64,000 nucleotides of DNA from the human T2T-CHM13v2.0 reference genome, Homo sapiens. A program made the translations under genes and the position numbers. Positions 33,586 through 51,052 of the stretch are shown here, in pieces (the stretch's first letter is position 1; every line of letters starts with the position of its first letter). Below the pieces are notes generated by a model, which saw only the letters and a program-made list of their open reading frames with translations, searched no databases and was not told where the DNA came from. The stretch lies in the NCBI RefSeq assembly GCF_009914755.1, contig NC_060947.1. One strand, given 5' to 3'.

Positions 33586-34671
33586 CAGTCATGAACCACA
33601 TAACATTTCAGTCAATGACGGACTGCATATACAGTCGTCCCATAAGAATATAATGGAGATGAAAAATTCCTGTAGACTAGTGAAGTCACAGCAGGGCACA
33701 TTATTCAAGAATACTAGCAAACCACCATGGACATATCAATATTTCTAAAAAGAATGACACCTTCTCAAGAAGCACCTCAGGCAGGTCCTTTAGGAGGTAT
33801 TCCAGAAGAAGACACTCTTATAGGAGATGACAACTGCATGCATGTTACTGACCTTAAAGACCTTCCAGTGGGACAAGATGTGGAGGTGAAAGACAGCGAT
33901 ACTGATGATCCTGACCCTTTGTAGGCCTCGGCTAATGTTTGTGATTGTGTCTTAGTTTTTTGTTTTTGTTTTTGTTTTGAGACTGTGTCTTAGTTTTAAC
34001 ACAGAAGTTTAAAGAGAAAAAAATCAATTTTAAAAATATAAAAAAGCTTTTAGAATAAGGACATAAAGAAAAAATATTTTTGTACAGCTGTACAGTGTGT
34101 TTGTTTTAAGCTAAATGTTATAAAAGAATCAAAAAGTCAAAAAAATTTAAAAGTTTGTAAACTAAAAAGGTTATAGTAAGCTAAGGTTAATTTATTACTG
34201 AATAAAAATATTTTCATAAATTTAGTGTAGCATAAGTGTACAGTATTTATAAAGTGGACAGTGGTGTACAGTAATGTCTTAGGCATTCACAGTCAGTCAC
34301 CACTCATTCACTGACTCACCCAGAGCAACTTCCAGTCCTGCAAGCTCCATTTATGGTAAGCACCCTATATAGCTGAACCATTTTATCATCTTTTATACCG
34401 TTTTTTTTTACAGTACCTTTTCTATGTTTAGATATATTTAGATACATAAATACTGAGCACTGTGTTACAACTGCCTACAGTATTCAATACAGTCACATGC
34501 TGTACAGGTTTGTAGCCTAAGAGCAATAGGCTGTACCATACAGTCTTGGTGCATAGTTGGCTATACCATCTAGGTTTCTGTAAGTACACTCTATAATGTT
34601 CACAATGATGAAATTGCCTAACAACCCATTTCTCAGAACATGTCCCTGTCATTAAGCAACCTATGACTATG
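33586..34671. mobile_element. Tigger3 (Golem)/MER7-like DNA transposon
   Basis: TA-CAGTCATG...ATGACT ends; internal DLPVGQDVEVKDSDTDDPDP transposase C-terminal remnant (33727-33924). Confidence 0.85.
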
Positions 34672-35137
34672 TAACTACATGTATTAAAAACAGCAAACAT
34701 GGCAAGAGGTTCACAAAAGAAGTAAATGCTAATATTAAGTATAAAAAAAGCAAGAGGTGCAGTGGCTCATGCCTCTAATCCTAGCACTTTGGGAGGCTGA
34801 GGTAGGGGGGATCCCTTGAGCTCAGGAGTTCGAGACCAGGAATGAGGGATATATACTAAAAATATCAGTAGTTGTCTCTGGGTAGGAAGATCACCGTATT
34901 TTGTTTTATGTTTTTATATACATACGTTTTCTAAAATAAACATGTATAATAATTTTGAATTCTGAAACCAAAGAAAAAGATTTTGGTAGAAAAACAAGGG
35001 AAATCCAAATAAATTCCTTAGTTTAGTTAATAGTATCACACTAGTGTTATATAAAATGTTAACATTAGGGGAAGCTGGGGGCACATTACACAGGACCTCT
35101 GAACTATCTTAAACAAATTTTCTGTAATTTAAAATCA

Positions 35138-35420
<283 letters not shown>

Positions 35421-37013
35421 TTATATATATATAGAGAGAGAGATCAAAACAATAAATCATATAATAAGATGATATTTTTAAAGTTTAGAAGACATGAAAC
35501 TAAAACTTTTAAAAATCTAAACAAAAGTATCCACTTGGTTAAGTGGTCCCTACATATAAACAAGAATATGATGGTACAAAGCTTTTCTGGTAGTAAGTCA
35601 CTGTGCTCTTTTAAATTGTAACAGAAAGTTATAAAGGCAATTATATCATCTGGCCTCTCCTAAATATGACAGTGACATCACCCCACTGGGTACGGACTCA
35701 CTGAAGTGGGAAACAAATGGTTAATTCTAATTTTATTTGGTTTTGTAAACATCATTGCTGAAGAATAACATGTTGATTTAAGGAGGGAGAAAATTAAAAG
35801 TTAAGTATAGCCAGTAACAACCCTTTCCCTTCAAAATATTTTTTAAAATCTAGTTTCCCAAACCCTGGGTAATTACAGGTACATGTGCGTGCATTTGTTC
35901 AAGAAATACTCAGTAAGTATATACTATGCCCTGCCTTTGTGGAGCTTACTGTTCAATTGATATTTTAAGTGGACAGAAGACTAACACAGAGAACTAGACA
36001 TGTAGGTAGAATAGGAAAGGAAGGTCACACATGAGGCAATCCTCAACCCTATAATAATTGCCCAACCTGACAATTATATGCTTTTTAAAAGTTAAAAATA
36101 ATAGTTACCCTCTGGAATTAACCAGTTATACCTGTTACTACTTAAGTATCACCTGGCTTGCTTTGAAAATGAATGTTATTAAAAACTTCCTTCAAATATT
36201 GGGGCAAGGAAAAGTATGCAAAGCCAAAGGATGAAAGTGAGGTTCTGAAAGAATAGAGGAAGAAAAATGCAGAGTTGAAAGGCACCAACTGAGAAACTAA
36301 AACATCTTGATCAATTTCATCTACAGACTAGCCAGCTGTTACAAACAACACTGCTGTCTGGTTATAATACTCCAGCAAGTGTAAAGTTTGGAATGGGTTA
36401 GTTCCACTGTGGAACACAGCCAACGGAGGTTTCATTGTTTAAGTACTTAAAATGCCTCAGTATAAGGCACTTTTGCATAGTGCCAAAACAAGAACTCTTA
36501 ACAACAGATTTAAAGAGAAGGGCCAGAGCACTAAAAAAGCCCAAGCAGAGCAGGAGTCTTTTTTCCCATCTCAATGAAATACTATTTAAGGAAGGAGAGT
36601 TATGTATCCCCATACAAAGGTCAGCCAAGAAAATGGCTGTAATCCTAACAGTGCTGATATTTCCTACTAGTAGATATTGCCCATGTATCCCTAATGCATT
36701 TAGCTTCTGTTGCATCTGCAATGTAATGTACCTTTAAGATATCCTTTTGCAGCTATTTCTATGATTATTTAAGATATATCACCTTTAAACTAGGCAGTAA
36801 TTCAATCCTCCTTGAAGCATCTGCAACCAATATGAATAGCAATAAAATATAAGAGGGTAGTTTGCTTTTTCATCAAAGGCAAAACTAAGGCCAACACAGA
36901 GGACAGTTTTGAAAACAAACCTGTTCTCTCTTACCATACATCTTTAACTCTGATTGATGGCTATGTGACCGCGTCTTACAAGCCTGATTTTTTTTTAAGA
37001 ATAAGAAAAGATT

Positions 37014-37328
<315 letters not shown>

Positions 37329-37556
37329 TTAACAGCCCCATCTTATGGTTTTCAGGGCTGCTAATGCCTGAAAGTAGAAGGGAATGACATTGAGGTTCAG
37401 AGCCTTGTGCCAAGCCCAGACAGCATCCTGGTCTTTCTGCAGCAATGGGGCAGTGCCGGTAAGAGCAAGGGAAAAAAATGGTCTGGCAATAGCAGGACAT
37501 GGCCCTAACCCTGGCCAAAAATCAAACTCAACACAATTTCCAATAGTTTATACTCA

Positions 37557-37752
37557 CAGCCGTGTCCAACCCTTTGAATGCGAGGACATTTTTGCTTATC
37601 TCTGGTGGTAGATATCGTGAAAATTATGTATACACCTTTAATTTTTTTTTTAAGCTCATGAGTTATCATTAGTGTTAGCATATTTTATGTGTAGCCCAAG
37701 ACAATTCTTCTTCCAACATGGTCCAGGGAAGCCAAAAGGCTGGATAACCATG
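37557..37752. mobile_element. MER30-like hAT-Charlie element
   Basis: gtgtccaacc...cccaagacaattcttcttcc...agggaagccaaaaggctggataacc. Confidence 0.7.
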
Positions 37753-38259
37753 GTTGAGAGGATCATCCCACAGAACTGTTTTATGCAACTCAAACAGGTA
37801 ACTGCGCAACTTTGATTTTAACTAAAGAGGTAGAAGTCATAAGCAAAGTCCACAATTCTAAGATTTGGTTTTCTGTCCTAAACAAATTCCTACTCACTCC
37901 TCACAATGCAAAAGTAACATTTTCCCATGATTTCATGACAAAACGTTACAGCATTTAGAAAAGACTGGACAAATAATATGACCTTAATGTTACAATTTGC
38001 TAGGAATGATGCGAAATTGAAGAAATCAACTCCAGGTTGAAAAATAATTCTTTCAACCGAAGTGAGCTGCTTCAAAATGTGTTACTTACATCTCACTGAA
38101 GTCATTAAGTACCATGAAAGTGTTATATAACAATAATCCCAACTTTGAAAGACAAATTCAGTTTTGACTCAATTTTGCAGATTTTCACTGGAGACTGATC
38201 ATCAAATGAAACACTGCAGACTTTTCAATATACTACTTAGCTTAAGAAATCCCATAGTC

Positions 38260-38570
38260 AGCCAGGCGCAGTGGCTTACTCATGTAATCCCAACATTTTG
38301 GGAGACTGAGGCAGGCAAACTGCTTGAGCTCACAAGTTGGAGACCTGCCTGAGCAACATGGCAAAACCCTGTCTCTACAAAAAATACAAAAATTAACTGG
38401 GCATGGTGGCATGAGCTTGTGGTCCCAGTACTTAGGATGCTTATGTGGGAGGATCGCTTGAGCCCAGAAGGTGGAGGTTGCAGTGAGCCGAGGTCACACC
38501 ATTGCACTTGGGTGAAAGAAGTGAAACCCTGTCTCAAGAAAAAAAAAAAAAAAGAAAGAAAGAAAAGAAA
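38260..38570 (+). mobile_element. AluJ-like
   Basis: Dimer; TSD aagaaatcccatagtc. Confidence 0.93.
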
Positions 38571-39494
38571 TCCCATAGTCTACAATTTGTTGTTTAAATA
38601 TGTCTCTTAAGTACAGACTAGATCTCAGATTATTGGTTTTTAAAATTCAATGTACACTCTGGCTATAGACTCTAAGTTCACTGCCACTCCTCCTCATCTT
38701 TGGTAATGTCCTAGTATGGCATCCACCTCCACTTTTAAGCTGGCAGTGCCCTAAGCAAGGTGATCCTTCAATCAGAGGGGGTGCAGGGAGACAGTCAACA
38801 GACTTCCTCTTCCTCAGTTGAAGACAATTGGAAACAAGATTATAAGGAAGCACTTTATCCCTATGAGGCTAACAAACAAAATAAACAAACAAACAAAAAA
38901 CTGTGGTCTTTAGGGTTAGGGATTTTTCAATAAAAAGATCAGCTCTGTAAAACGTGTTAGGAACAAATCTTCTGTTTTACTAAATGTTATCAATGCAATC
39001 ATAGGCCAATCACTCCACAGAAACATTTTATGTAACCAAACAAAAATGGCATAGATGCAGGGTACCACAGAGATAAGACAGGGGTTAGGGAACTATCCCA
39101 CCACTAGAATGTTCTCCAAAGTGCCAGAAGGGCCACCTATGTAGAAGTTGTTATGCCTATGGCAGCTTAAGAGTGACCCCTACTGAGCTAGGATTCAAGG
39201 CAGCTAGCAGGGCTGATGCAAGTGTCAACTCCCCTATTTTGTACTCCTCGCGCTGAAAATCATCAATCATTCAGTTCTAACTAAGTCCACAAAGAAATGC
39301 AAAGATATGGCTGAGCTGTAATGGTGATGTTGGGGAACTCCATTTCAAAACAGGAATAAAATAGAAGGTGGGGAATTCACCATGAAAGTTTTCATTCTGC
39401 TGCTGCCTCTTCTGAAACAGTCTGTATTTTAAGGGATACCACCTATAATGAAGTCAATTCTTTGGGGGAATGTTTCCTTTAAAAAGCTACTTTC

Positions 39495-40179
<685 letters not shown>

Positions 40180-41194
40180 TTAAAATTAAGTCAATGTGTA
40201 TATAAATTTTTAAAAACCTGCTTCCACATAAAAATCCTGGCCTTAATACTTGACACTAAAAACTAAAATCTTAGTAAAACAGTCCAAAATTTTCTGGGGG
40301 GAAATTTGAGCTGTATAACATACTTAGGTCAGTTATTTTGCTTAAAAATTTATAACATGTAACTCTATTTGAATGAATGTGCTAATACTCACATTTCTAC
40401 TTGAAGAAATAAAAAAACTACACAGCTTCCCATCTACAGGTTGCTATAATTCACCAATACAGTGTGCCTGAGCCCTGCCTTTTGTAGTTTCCAGGTTATA
40501 GAAAAACAACTTGCTTCACAGAAATTCTAACCTACTCCTATAAGGAATTGTCTAGGTACAGAAGGGACCCCAATGCCTTCCAAAATGGGTCTTTGCTTTG
40601 CTTGCTGACACTTTCTGAACCCGAAATATTCCACTAAAGACTTTAAACCGTCCTAGACTAACCTTGCAATTGACTGTTGACCAAATCGGGAAAGTTTCCA
40701 TGGTTCCAGGTGAAGAAATATCATTATCCTAGGCCTTCTCTTCTCTTTTCTGCTCTGTTTGTCTGAAACATATTCATCTAACAATTGCTACAGCTATTTC
40801 TGCCGAGTTCTACCCTTCAGTAAAGTTGTGATTTTTCAACTGTTCTTTGAAGCTGCTTCTCAACTTTCAGTCGTCATGTGGAACATAGATCTTTTACTTG
40901 GATTCATCCCATGTGGTATTAGTGCTAGTTCTTCTTTTTCTTCTCAAAACCATGACTGAATTTTATGCTCATTCACCAAGTTCCTGTCTCCTGACTGAGG
41001 GAGTTTTCAGTTTTCAGTTCATCTGGAAAGCAGAAATTACTAACATATCCTGAAGCACAGTGAATTTTCACCATCTTAGCAGGGCAGCTCTGCCTATTTC
41101 TCCAGGTTTTCTTTGATAAAACATCATTCAGGTATTCCCCAGGAGAGTTGGTCCTACAAAACCCTATCATTATTTATAGTATTAAAATACTTTA

Positions 41195-41570
<376 letters not shown>

Positions 41571-43079
41571 TCACCATACCTCCCCACTCCATTAACCTCA
41601 TAACTACCACAAGAATCCACCATTAACATTTTCAATGCCTCTGTAAAAGTTCAATCTCACATGCCCTCTCATTAACTAAGTGAGAAATAGAGAAACTCTA
41701 TCCTGATTCCCTTTAAAATCTGCTAACTTGATAGCACCTAAAATCCTCTGTACTGTGAAATCAATTCCAAAAAGGCCTAAATGGCTTTGGAGAATAGGGA
41801 CACTGTTTCAATCATCATAATAAAAACCTGAGTATAGCTATGTTGGGCCTTCACATTAACACCATTGTCTACCAGGTAGAATCTTGTTTTGTAAAATGCA
41901 CTGTTGAATTCATGGAAAATAGTAAGTAACAAAAACCCTTCAACAAAAGTAAGATATTTTCACCTCTAAGTCCTACAGCATAAACCCAGAGGAAATTATA
42001 ATGGGTCTTCAGCAAATTTGTTTAACAAATACTTCTAGATGACAAGAGAAAGTAGCATACACACATACTTGCCCAAATCAAACTTAATTCTCTGACACAG
42101 TTCTCCTAATAATCAATTTGATAAACTACAAACTGAGATATCATAGAAAAAGGTTATGTTGCCACAGATACCTAGATTTTCTTTACTTTTATAAGTTGCA
42201 AAAGAATACAACTACACACACCTCTACCAAAAACTAGCCACAGCAGTTGGTTTTTCTTTGAACAAAAATAACCATTCAGGTTCAGTGTTTAATTCTTCGC
42301 TAAAATCAAACTCCACCCAAAAAAAGCTTCCTAATGATATTTTAATATATTGCACTTTTACATCATCATTGATAACTACACTGTAAATAACATGTTCATA
42401 GTTAAATTCAAAACAGAACTGAACTGACTCAACATTAAAGACTTTAAAATTCCTTGGTTATTTACTTTGGTGACCATGACTTTTTTTTTTTTTTAATTCT
42501 GGTTTGTCCTAGAAACCAGTTATTTTAACTAAAACACTGTATTTACATGGCACGATGTTGGCCTTTTCCCACCAGATGTCTTTTTCACTTACTCGGAGTT
42601 ACTGATGCTGCAAGATGCTCACAATATAGTGTCGAGTTAAACAAGCAAGTTACAAATCAGTATGTACAGTAAAAACCCATTTTTGTAGAAAGGTGATATA
42701 TGTGTGCACATGTGCATGCAAGTGTCCATACATATAAGCACAAGCATATATACCAAAAAGTTGACAATGGATGTTTCTGGGTATGAAATTACTGTTTTTA
42801 TTCTTTTTTATACTTATATTTTTGGTGTCAAAAATTTAGAAAATACCAATACTTCATCGATAGCAGAAAACATCATTTTTTTAAAAACCTGAGTGTTCAG
42901 TACAAGGCATTAATTACATTTACAGTAGAGTGTTGTTGTAGAATGAAGGAATCCTATTATAAGCATCCTCCAGTGTGCAAATGTTTCATATTAGTAATCT
43001 GCATACCTACTATCAAAATAGTAATTGTATTTTGCTATAATAGTAATCTGCATACCTACTATCAAAATTGTAATTGTAA

Positions 43080-43900
43080 ATTATAATATATAATATAGAA
43101 TTGTACAGAGAAAAAGTAAAACTATACTGCCCTCCTCTAACACCACTCTCTTTTCCTCTAGGGATAATTACTCTTGATGTGTATCAATCAGATTGTTTTG
43201 TATTACCCATACACATGATAAGGGTTTATTTTTAGATAAGTGGAATTATGGTATACAACTGTTCTTTGACTCCCTCCCCCTCTCTTCCCCTGCTTAACAG
43301 CATACTTTGGAACTCCTATGTCAGTGTATATATATGTCTAACCAAGAGGCTTTTCTTCTTTTTTTATTTAATAACTCAATGGTATTCCACAGTATAACTT
43401 ACCATTATTTAAATCATTCCCTACTGATGGATATTTAGGATACTGCCAAATTTTCACAGTTACAAACAGTTTCACTGCAGCGAAACCTTATACATAGTTT
43501 TATACACATGTAATATTTCCCTAGAATTGTTTTCTAATAAAACTATTGGGTCAAAATGTATGCACATTTAAAAATGAGATGATTTTGGTATTCTTCAGCA
43601 AAGAGTTATACATGTGAACTCTCATTAACAGTGTATGCAAATGCCTATTTGTTAAAAGTGGATATTAAGTTCTTGCCAATCTGTCTGGTGAAAAACGGTT
43701 TACATTTCCCTAATAACCAGAGTCAATTTGAACATCTTTTCTTTTTTATTCACCAGTACTTCTTTTCCTGGGAAATGCCCATGTATAATCTTCTGCCACT
43801 TTTTGCTTTTTGTAGTGGGTACCTTTCTCTTATTGATCTTTAGGAGCTCTTTATATATTATGGATATTATGCAGTAGAAACCCTTTTATCTAATGTGATT
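43080..43900 (-). mobile_element. Old L1M fragment
   Basis: atggtattccacagt...ccctactgatggatatttagg...taggagctctttatatatt reverse L1 3' signature. Confidence 0.65.
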
Positions 43901-43943
43901 TAGAACAATTGGTTATGTAATTTAAAAGGTTAATTTCAGGTAA

Positions 43944-45168
<1,225 letters not shown>

Positions 45169-45271
45169 CAAACTTTCTATATGGGGCCAAGAGGCCAAGA
45201 CCTTTTTCTCTAACTCCAGGCCCATTGATTTTACATTTGACAAGTAATGTGAGTATAAAACCCTTTTAGAT

Positions 45272-45560
45272 GGCTGGTGCGGTGGCTCACACCTATAACC
45301 CCAGCACTCTGGGAGGCCAAGGCGGGCGGATCACGAGGTCAGGAGATCGAGACCATCCTGGCTAACACGGTGAAACCCTGTCTCTACTAAAAATACAAAA
45401 AAATTAGCCAGGTGTGGTGGAGGGCGCCTGTAGTCAGGAGAATGGCGTGAACCCGGGAGGTGGAGCTTACAGTGAGCCGAGATCACGCCATTGCACTCCA
45501 GCCTGGGCAAAAGAGTGAGACTCCATCTCAAAAAATAAAATAAAATAAAATAAAATAAAA
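45272..45560 (+). mobile_element. AluY with internal deletion
   Basis: gagatcgagaccatcctggctaacacgg and gaatggcgtgaaccc diagnostics. Confidence 0.92.
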
Positions 45561-45911
45561 CTCTTTTAGATTTTTATATTTTTTCCACGTATCTTGTATA
45601 GTCATCTTACCCACATTTAAGCGGACAGTATTTTTTTTTGCAACTTGTTTTCATTAACTCTTCTCAAAACAATTTGTTTCATCATAATGAATCTAATGTA
45701 ACCATCACCCAGCTTCAACAGTTATTCATATGTGCTGAATTGTGTTTCTTCCATACTACCCACAACCCACCTCCATCCCTCACCCCTTGTATAATGTTAA
45801 GCAAATCCCAGACATCATATTATTTCATTTGTAAATTTTCAGTAAAAAGAACTCCAATCTCCCCCACTCATATATTGTCAGGTTACAACATATTAAACAA
45901 ATTACCTTTTA

Positions 45912-46329
<418 letters not shown>

Positions 46330-46435
46330 TCAACCAACTAATACCAAGTATTCAGTGTACACTGTATTTTACAAAGGAAATAAAAATTATTCAATGTGGT
46401 GAGTCAATTAAGTGGAGGTCAATTAAAGCTTCTAA

Positions 46436-46831
<396 letters not shown>

Positions 46832-47448
46832 TGATGTCTTACACTTTCCAGAAGATTTTTTAAAATATATACTTAGATTTTTAAAATATATTCTTAAGTT
46901 ATTTTTGTGTATGATGAGAGATGGAGACTTATTACTTTCTAAATACACAGCCACCTGTCTTTACTCAATTTCCATTTTCAACATTACACTTAGAACACTT
47001 AAAAGAACTAAAGTGTCAACTGCTTCGTTATAAAAAAGGAAGTTGTACAAACAAAATAATAAACCAACAGTCTAAGCTCAGTTTGATAGGCTCTTACTAC
47101 TATGTACTTAAAGATCACATAGCAGTTTCAGGAGCAAAAACACTACCATGCCTGGCTCTCTTATTACCGCTACAGCTCACAACAGGGTCTCCAAAAGACA
47201 TCATAGACTGCATAGAAGTCTATCTGCAGCTTACTGATTGCCACACATGTAAATTCACATTCACATTTAAATAACCCACACTTAACAACAAAATCAACCG
47301 TCTCAACTCTCTATGCATTCCTTATTGCTGCTCCTAGACCACAGTGCTTTGGAGACTTAGTAAAGAAAATGAATGCACTCTCCTGAATCACAATATCACC
47401 TGGAAATGTAACCAGAAGGTATAAAAAGTCAGGGTAGTTTGTTAAATT

Positions 47449-47472
47449 GTGTGTGTGTGTGTGTGTGTGTGT
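47449..47472. repeat. (TG)n microsatellite
   Basis: Direct inspection. Confidence 0.95.
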
Positions 47473-47501
47473 AATCAACAATTTATAAGGTTACCTTATC
47501 T

Positions 47502-47707
47502 CTGGGGTCAGCACTTTTTCTGTAAAGGTCCAGAGAGAAAATTGGCTTCACGGGACATAAGGGCTCTGTTTCAGCTCTGATGTTGTATTGTGAATGCGGC
47601 CAGAAAACACATAAATTAATGGATGTGGCTATATTCCAAGAGAAGTTTATTTACAAAAACCGGTGGTGGGCAGGATTTGGCCACAGGCAGTATTTTGCCA
47701 GCCCCTG
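47502..47707. mobile_element. MER58A-like hAT-Charlie element
   Basis: ggggtcagca...ctgtaaagg...tttatttacaaaaaccggtggtgggcaggatttggcc...tgccagcccctg. Confidence 0.8.
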
Positions 47708-48499
47708 CCTTATACCAATGTTTTATCTTTTTCAAATAACAATCTACTTCCCTCACTGCACACATATTTGAGTAAATATAGTAACACTGAAGGGACAAAT
47801 AATTTCAGTACTGCCTTACAGAAATGAATATTCTCAAAATTAATCACTAACCTTTTCCTATAATTCCTTCTCATATGAGCACATACATTTTTCAAAATAT
47901 AAAACTGTAAACATCACCTTGAACCTAATATTTATTTCAAAAGACAGTTACAATGAGTGTCATGTAGCTGCTATAAAAGGAAAAATGCAGTCTAGACAGT
48001 CAAATACAATGATCTTTTATTCATTATTCTCATAATCAACAGTGAGTAGAAAAGTCTGCTAAATACATGGTCATGAATCATAACTTCACTACTCAAAATG
48101 CAGAAGTAGACTTTCAAAGTACATTTAAATAAGAACACAAATTTGTTTTTTGGATTACTTACCAAAATCCTTGATGGAAAATGATACAGTTTTGCCAAAA
48201 TATTTTTAATTTAGAAAGTGAAACCAAAAACCTCTTTAGCATATCATGCGTCTATTTAATTTTAAAATACAAATTTTAATGTTGCATTTGACAGCCTGGT
48301 GAGGTAGACATTATATTTTTAAGGCAGCCATTTTAATATAGTGAGAGCATGTGTGAATATGTATTAACATTCTAAGCCATTAAGGCCACTTGTTCACAGA
48401 ATATATTTGAGCTCTAAAATTGTTGAAAGAGAAAATGCTCAAATAGCTTACAGAAATAATGGATGTTATACAGAACAGAAAGGAATCAAATTAAATAAC

Positions 48500-50040
48500 A
48501 AAAGTTTGTAAGATTTCTTGACACCAAAAGCACAGTCCATAGAGGAAAAATTAATAAACTGGACCTCATCCAAATTAAAGCCTTTTGCTCTGTGAAATTC
48601 CCTGTGAAGAGGTTGGAAAGACAAGCTACAGACTGGGAGAACATATTTTCATACCACTACCTGACAAATGATTAGTATTAAGAATAAAAAGGCCAGGGGC
48701 GGTGGCTCACGCCTGTAATCCCAGCACTTTGGGAGGCCGAGGCGGGTGGATCATGAGGTCAGGAGATCGAGACCACCCTGGCTAACACGGTGAAACCCTG
48801 TCTCTACTAAAAATACAAAAAAAAAAAAAAAATTAGCCAGGTGTGGTGGCGGGTGCCTGTAGTCCCAGCTACTTGGGAGGCTGAGGCAGGAGAATGGCGT
48901 GAATCTGGGAGGCAGAGCTTGCAGTGAGATTGCACCACTGCACTCCAGCCTGGGCAACAGAGCGAGACTCCGTCTCAAAAAAATAATAAAAAACTCTTAA
49001 AACTCACCAGGTTAAAAAAAAAATCCAAATAGAAAATGGACAAAAGACATGAACTGATATTTCACTGAAGATACAGAGAATGGCAAATAAACACATGGAA
49101 AAATGATCAACATCATTGGCGATCAGAAAAATGCAAATTAAAACTAGGAGGATATATTACTACACACCTATGAGAATGGCTAAAATAAAAAATAGTAACA
49201 GCACCAAATGCTGTCAAGGATGAGGAGCATTCACACATTCCTGGTGGGAATGTAAAATGGTACAGCCACTCTGGAAAATGGTTTGGCAGTTCCTTAGAAA
49301 ACTAAACATGCAAGTGCTATACCACCCAAGAAGTACACTCTCAGGCATTTCAGAAATTTATGTTCACACAAAATCCTGTGGACAACTGTTCATATGAGCT
49401 TTATTCAAAATAGGCAATAAATAAATAAATAAATAAGTAAAACAAACAAAAACCCTGGAAACATCAGATGCCCTTCAAGAGGTGACTGGTTAAACAAACT
49501 GCAGTAAATCCATATTATGGAATACTACTCAGCAATGGAAAGGAACAAGCCATTGATAAAAGGTATATTCCTTGCACTAATCTCCAAGGAATTATGCTGA
49601 GTGAAGTAAAGTCAGTCTCCAAAGGTTATATACTGTGTGATTCATTTATATAAGCATTTTTGAAATGACAAAATTATAGACATGAAAAACAGATCAGTGG
49701 TTGCCAGGAGTCAGGGATGAAGGGAGATGGCTACATCTATAAAAAGACAACAAAAAGGATCCTTGTGGTGATGCAATTGTTCTGTATCTTGACTGTGGTA
49801 GTGCTTATATAAATCTACACGTGATAACATTATGTAGAACTAAATACATACATGCAAATGACTGCATTAAAGCTGACGAAATCTGAGTAAGGTTGATGGA
49901 TTGCATCGATTTCAATTTTGTAGTTGTGATGTTACACTATACTTATGCATGAGGCTATTATTGGGGGAAATTAGATAAAGCGTATTATTTCTTACAACTA
50001 TATGTGAATCTACAACTATCTCAAAATAAAAAGTTAAAAG
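48500..50040 (+). mobile_element. L1M (MB/MC/MD-like) ORF2 end plus 3' UTR, interrupted by AluY (48691-48992)
   Basis: ctggtgggaatgtaaaatggtacagccactctggaaaa and other L1 3' motifs. Confidence 0.88.
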
Positions 50041-50418
50041 GGAAAGAAAGAGTATATAAGACCAGCCAATGGTAGAAGTGGAAAAACAAAGCTTTTATTT
50101 TTGCTAAAGGCTCAGCAATTGAAAGGATGGAGAAAAAGGTAATGTCAAAGAGTCTACAGGCTACAATTAATAGAATCATCTCTTCCTCCCCTATGGAAAC
50201 TTAACTTCTCCAGAATTTTGTTTGTCCTTGATTTGACTGTTGTTGTTTTTAACAAAAATAAACTGGATGTACATCTGTCTCTCCACATGCCCCCCAACCA
50301 TCTCCATCAGCCCAAAGTATAAACTCATAGAGTAGGGTTTGTCTTAACCATCATGTCCTGAGGGCCTGACATACTTGACAGATGAAGGAAGAAGATAGTT
50401 GAATGAATTAATAAATGA

Positions 50419-50728
<310 letters not shown>

Positions 50729-50994
50729 ATTCCCTTATAAATTTCTAAAAGCCATGGACATTTAAAAAATAGTGCGGTATAACACACATTTCACTTGCAA
50801 GCAGAAATTAACATAATACCCAACATTTGTAAAATGCTTCTGAGTTTATAGATTTTCACATATAATTATTTATTTAATCAGGATTAAGAACTAAGTATAC
50901 CTAAATTGAAACCACTATACACAAACCTTTGAGAAAAACATTCTAGTCAACTGGTATAACAGGATTTATAACAGCCTTAACGCAAATTGCATTA

Positions 50995-51052
50995 TATGTG
51001 TGTGTGTATACCTATATATACACGTGTGTATATATATATTTGTCATATATAT
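50995..51052. repeat. (TG)/(TA) microsatellite
   Basis: Direct inspection. Confidence 0.85.

Noticed and set aside
33727-33924. Acidic ORF ending DSDTDDPDPL
   Set aside because: Remnant of the Tigger3 transposase C-terminus inside a non-autonomous element
42593-42607. Possible 15-nt microexon cttgcag|CATCAGTAACTCCGA|gtaagt
   Set aside because: Poor pyrimidine tract; such pairs are expected by chance in a 37-kb intron
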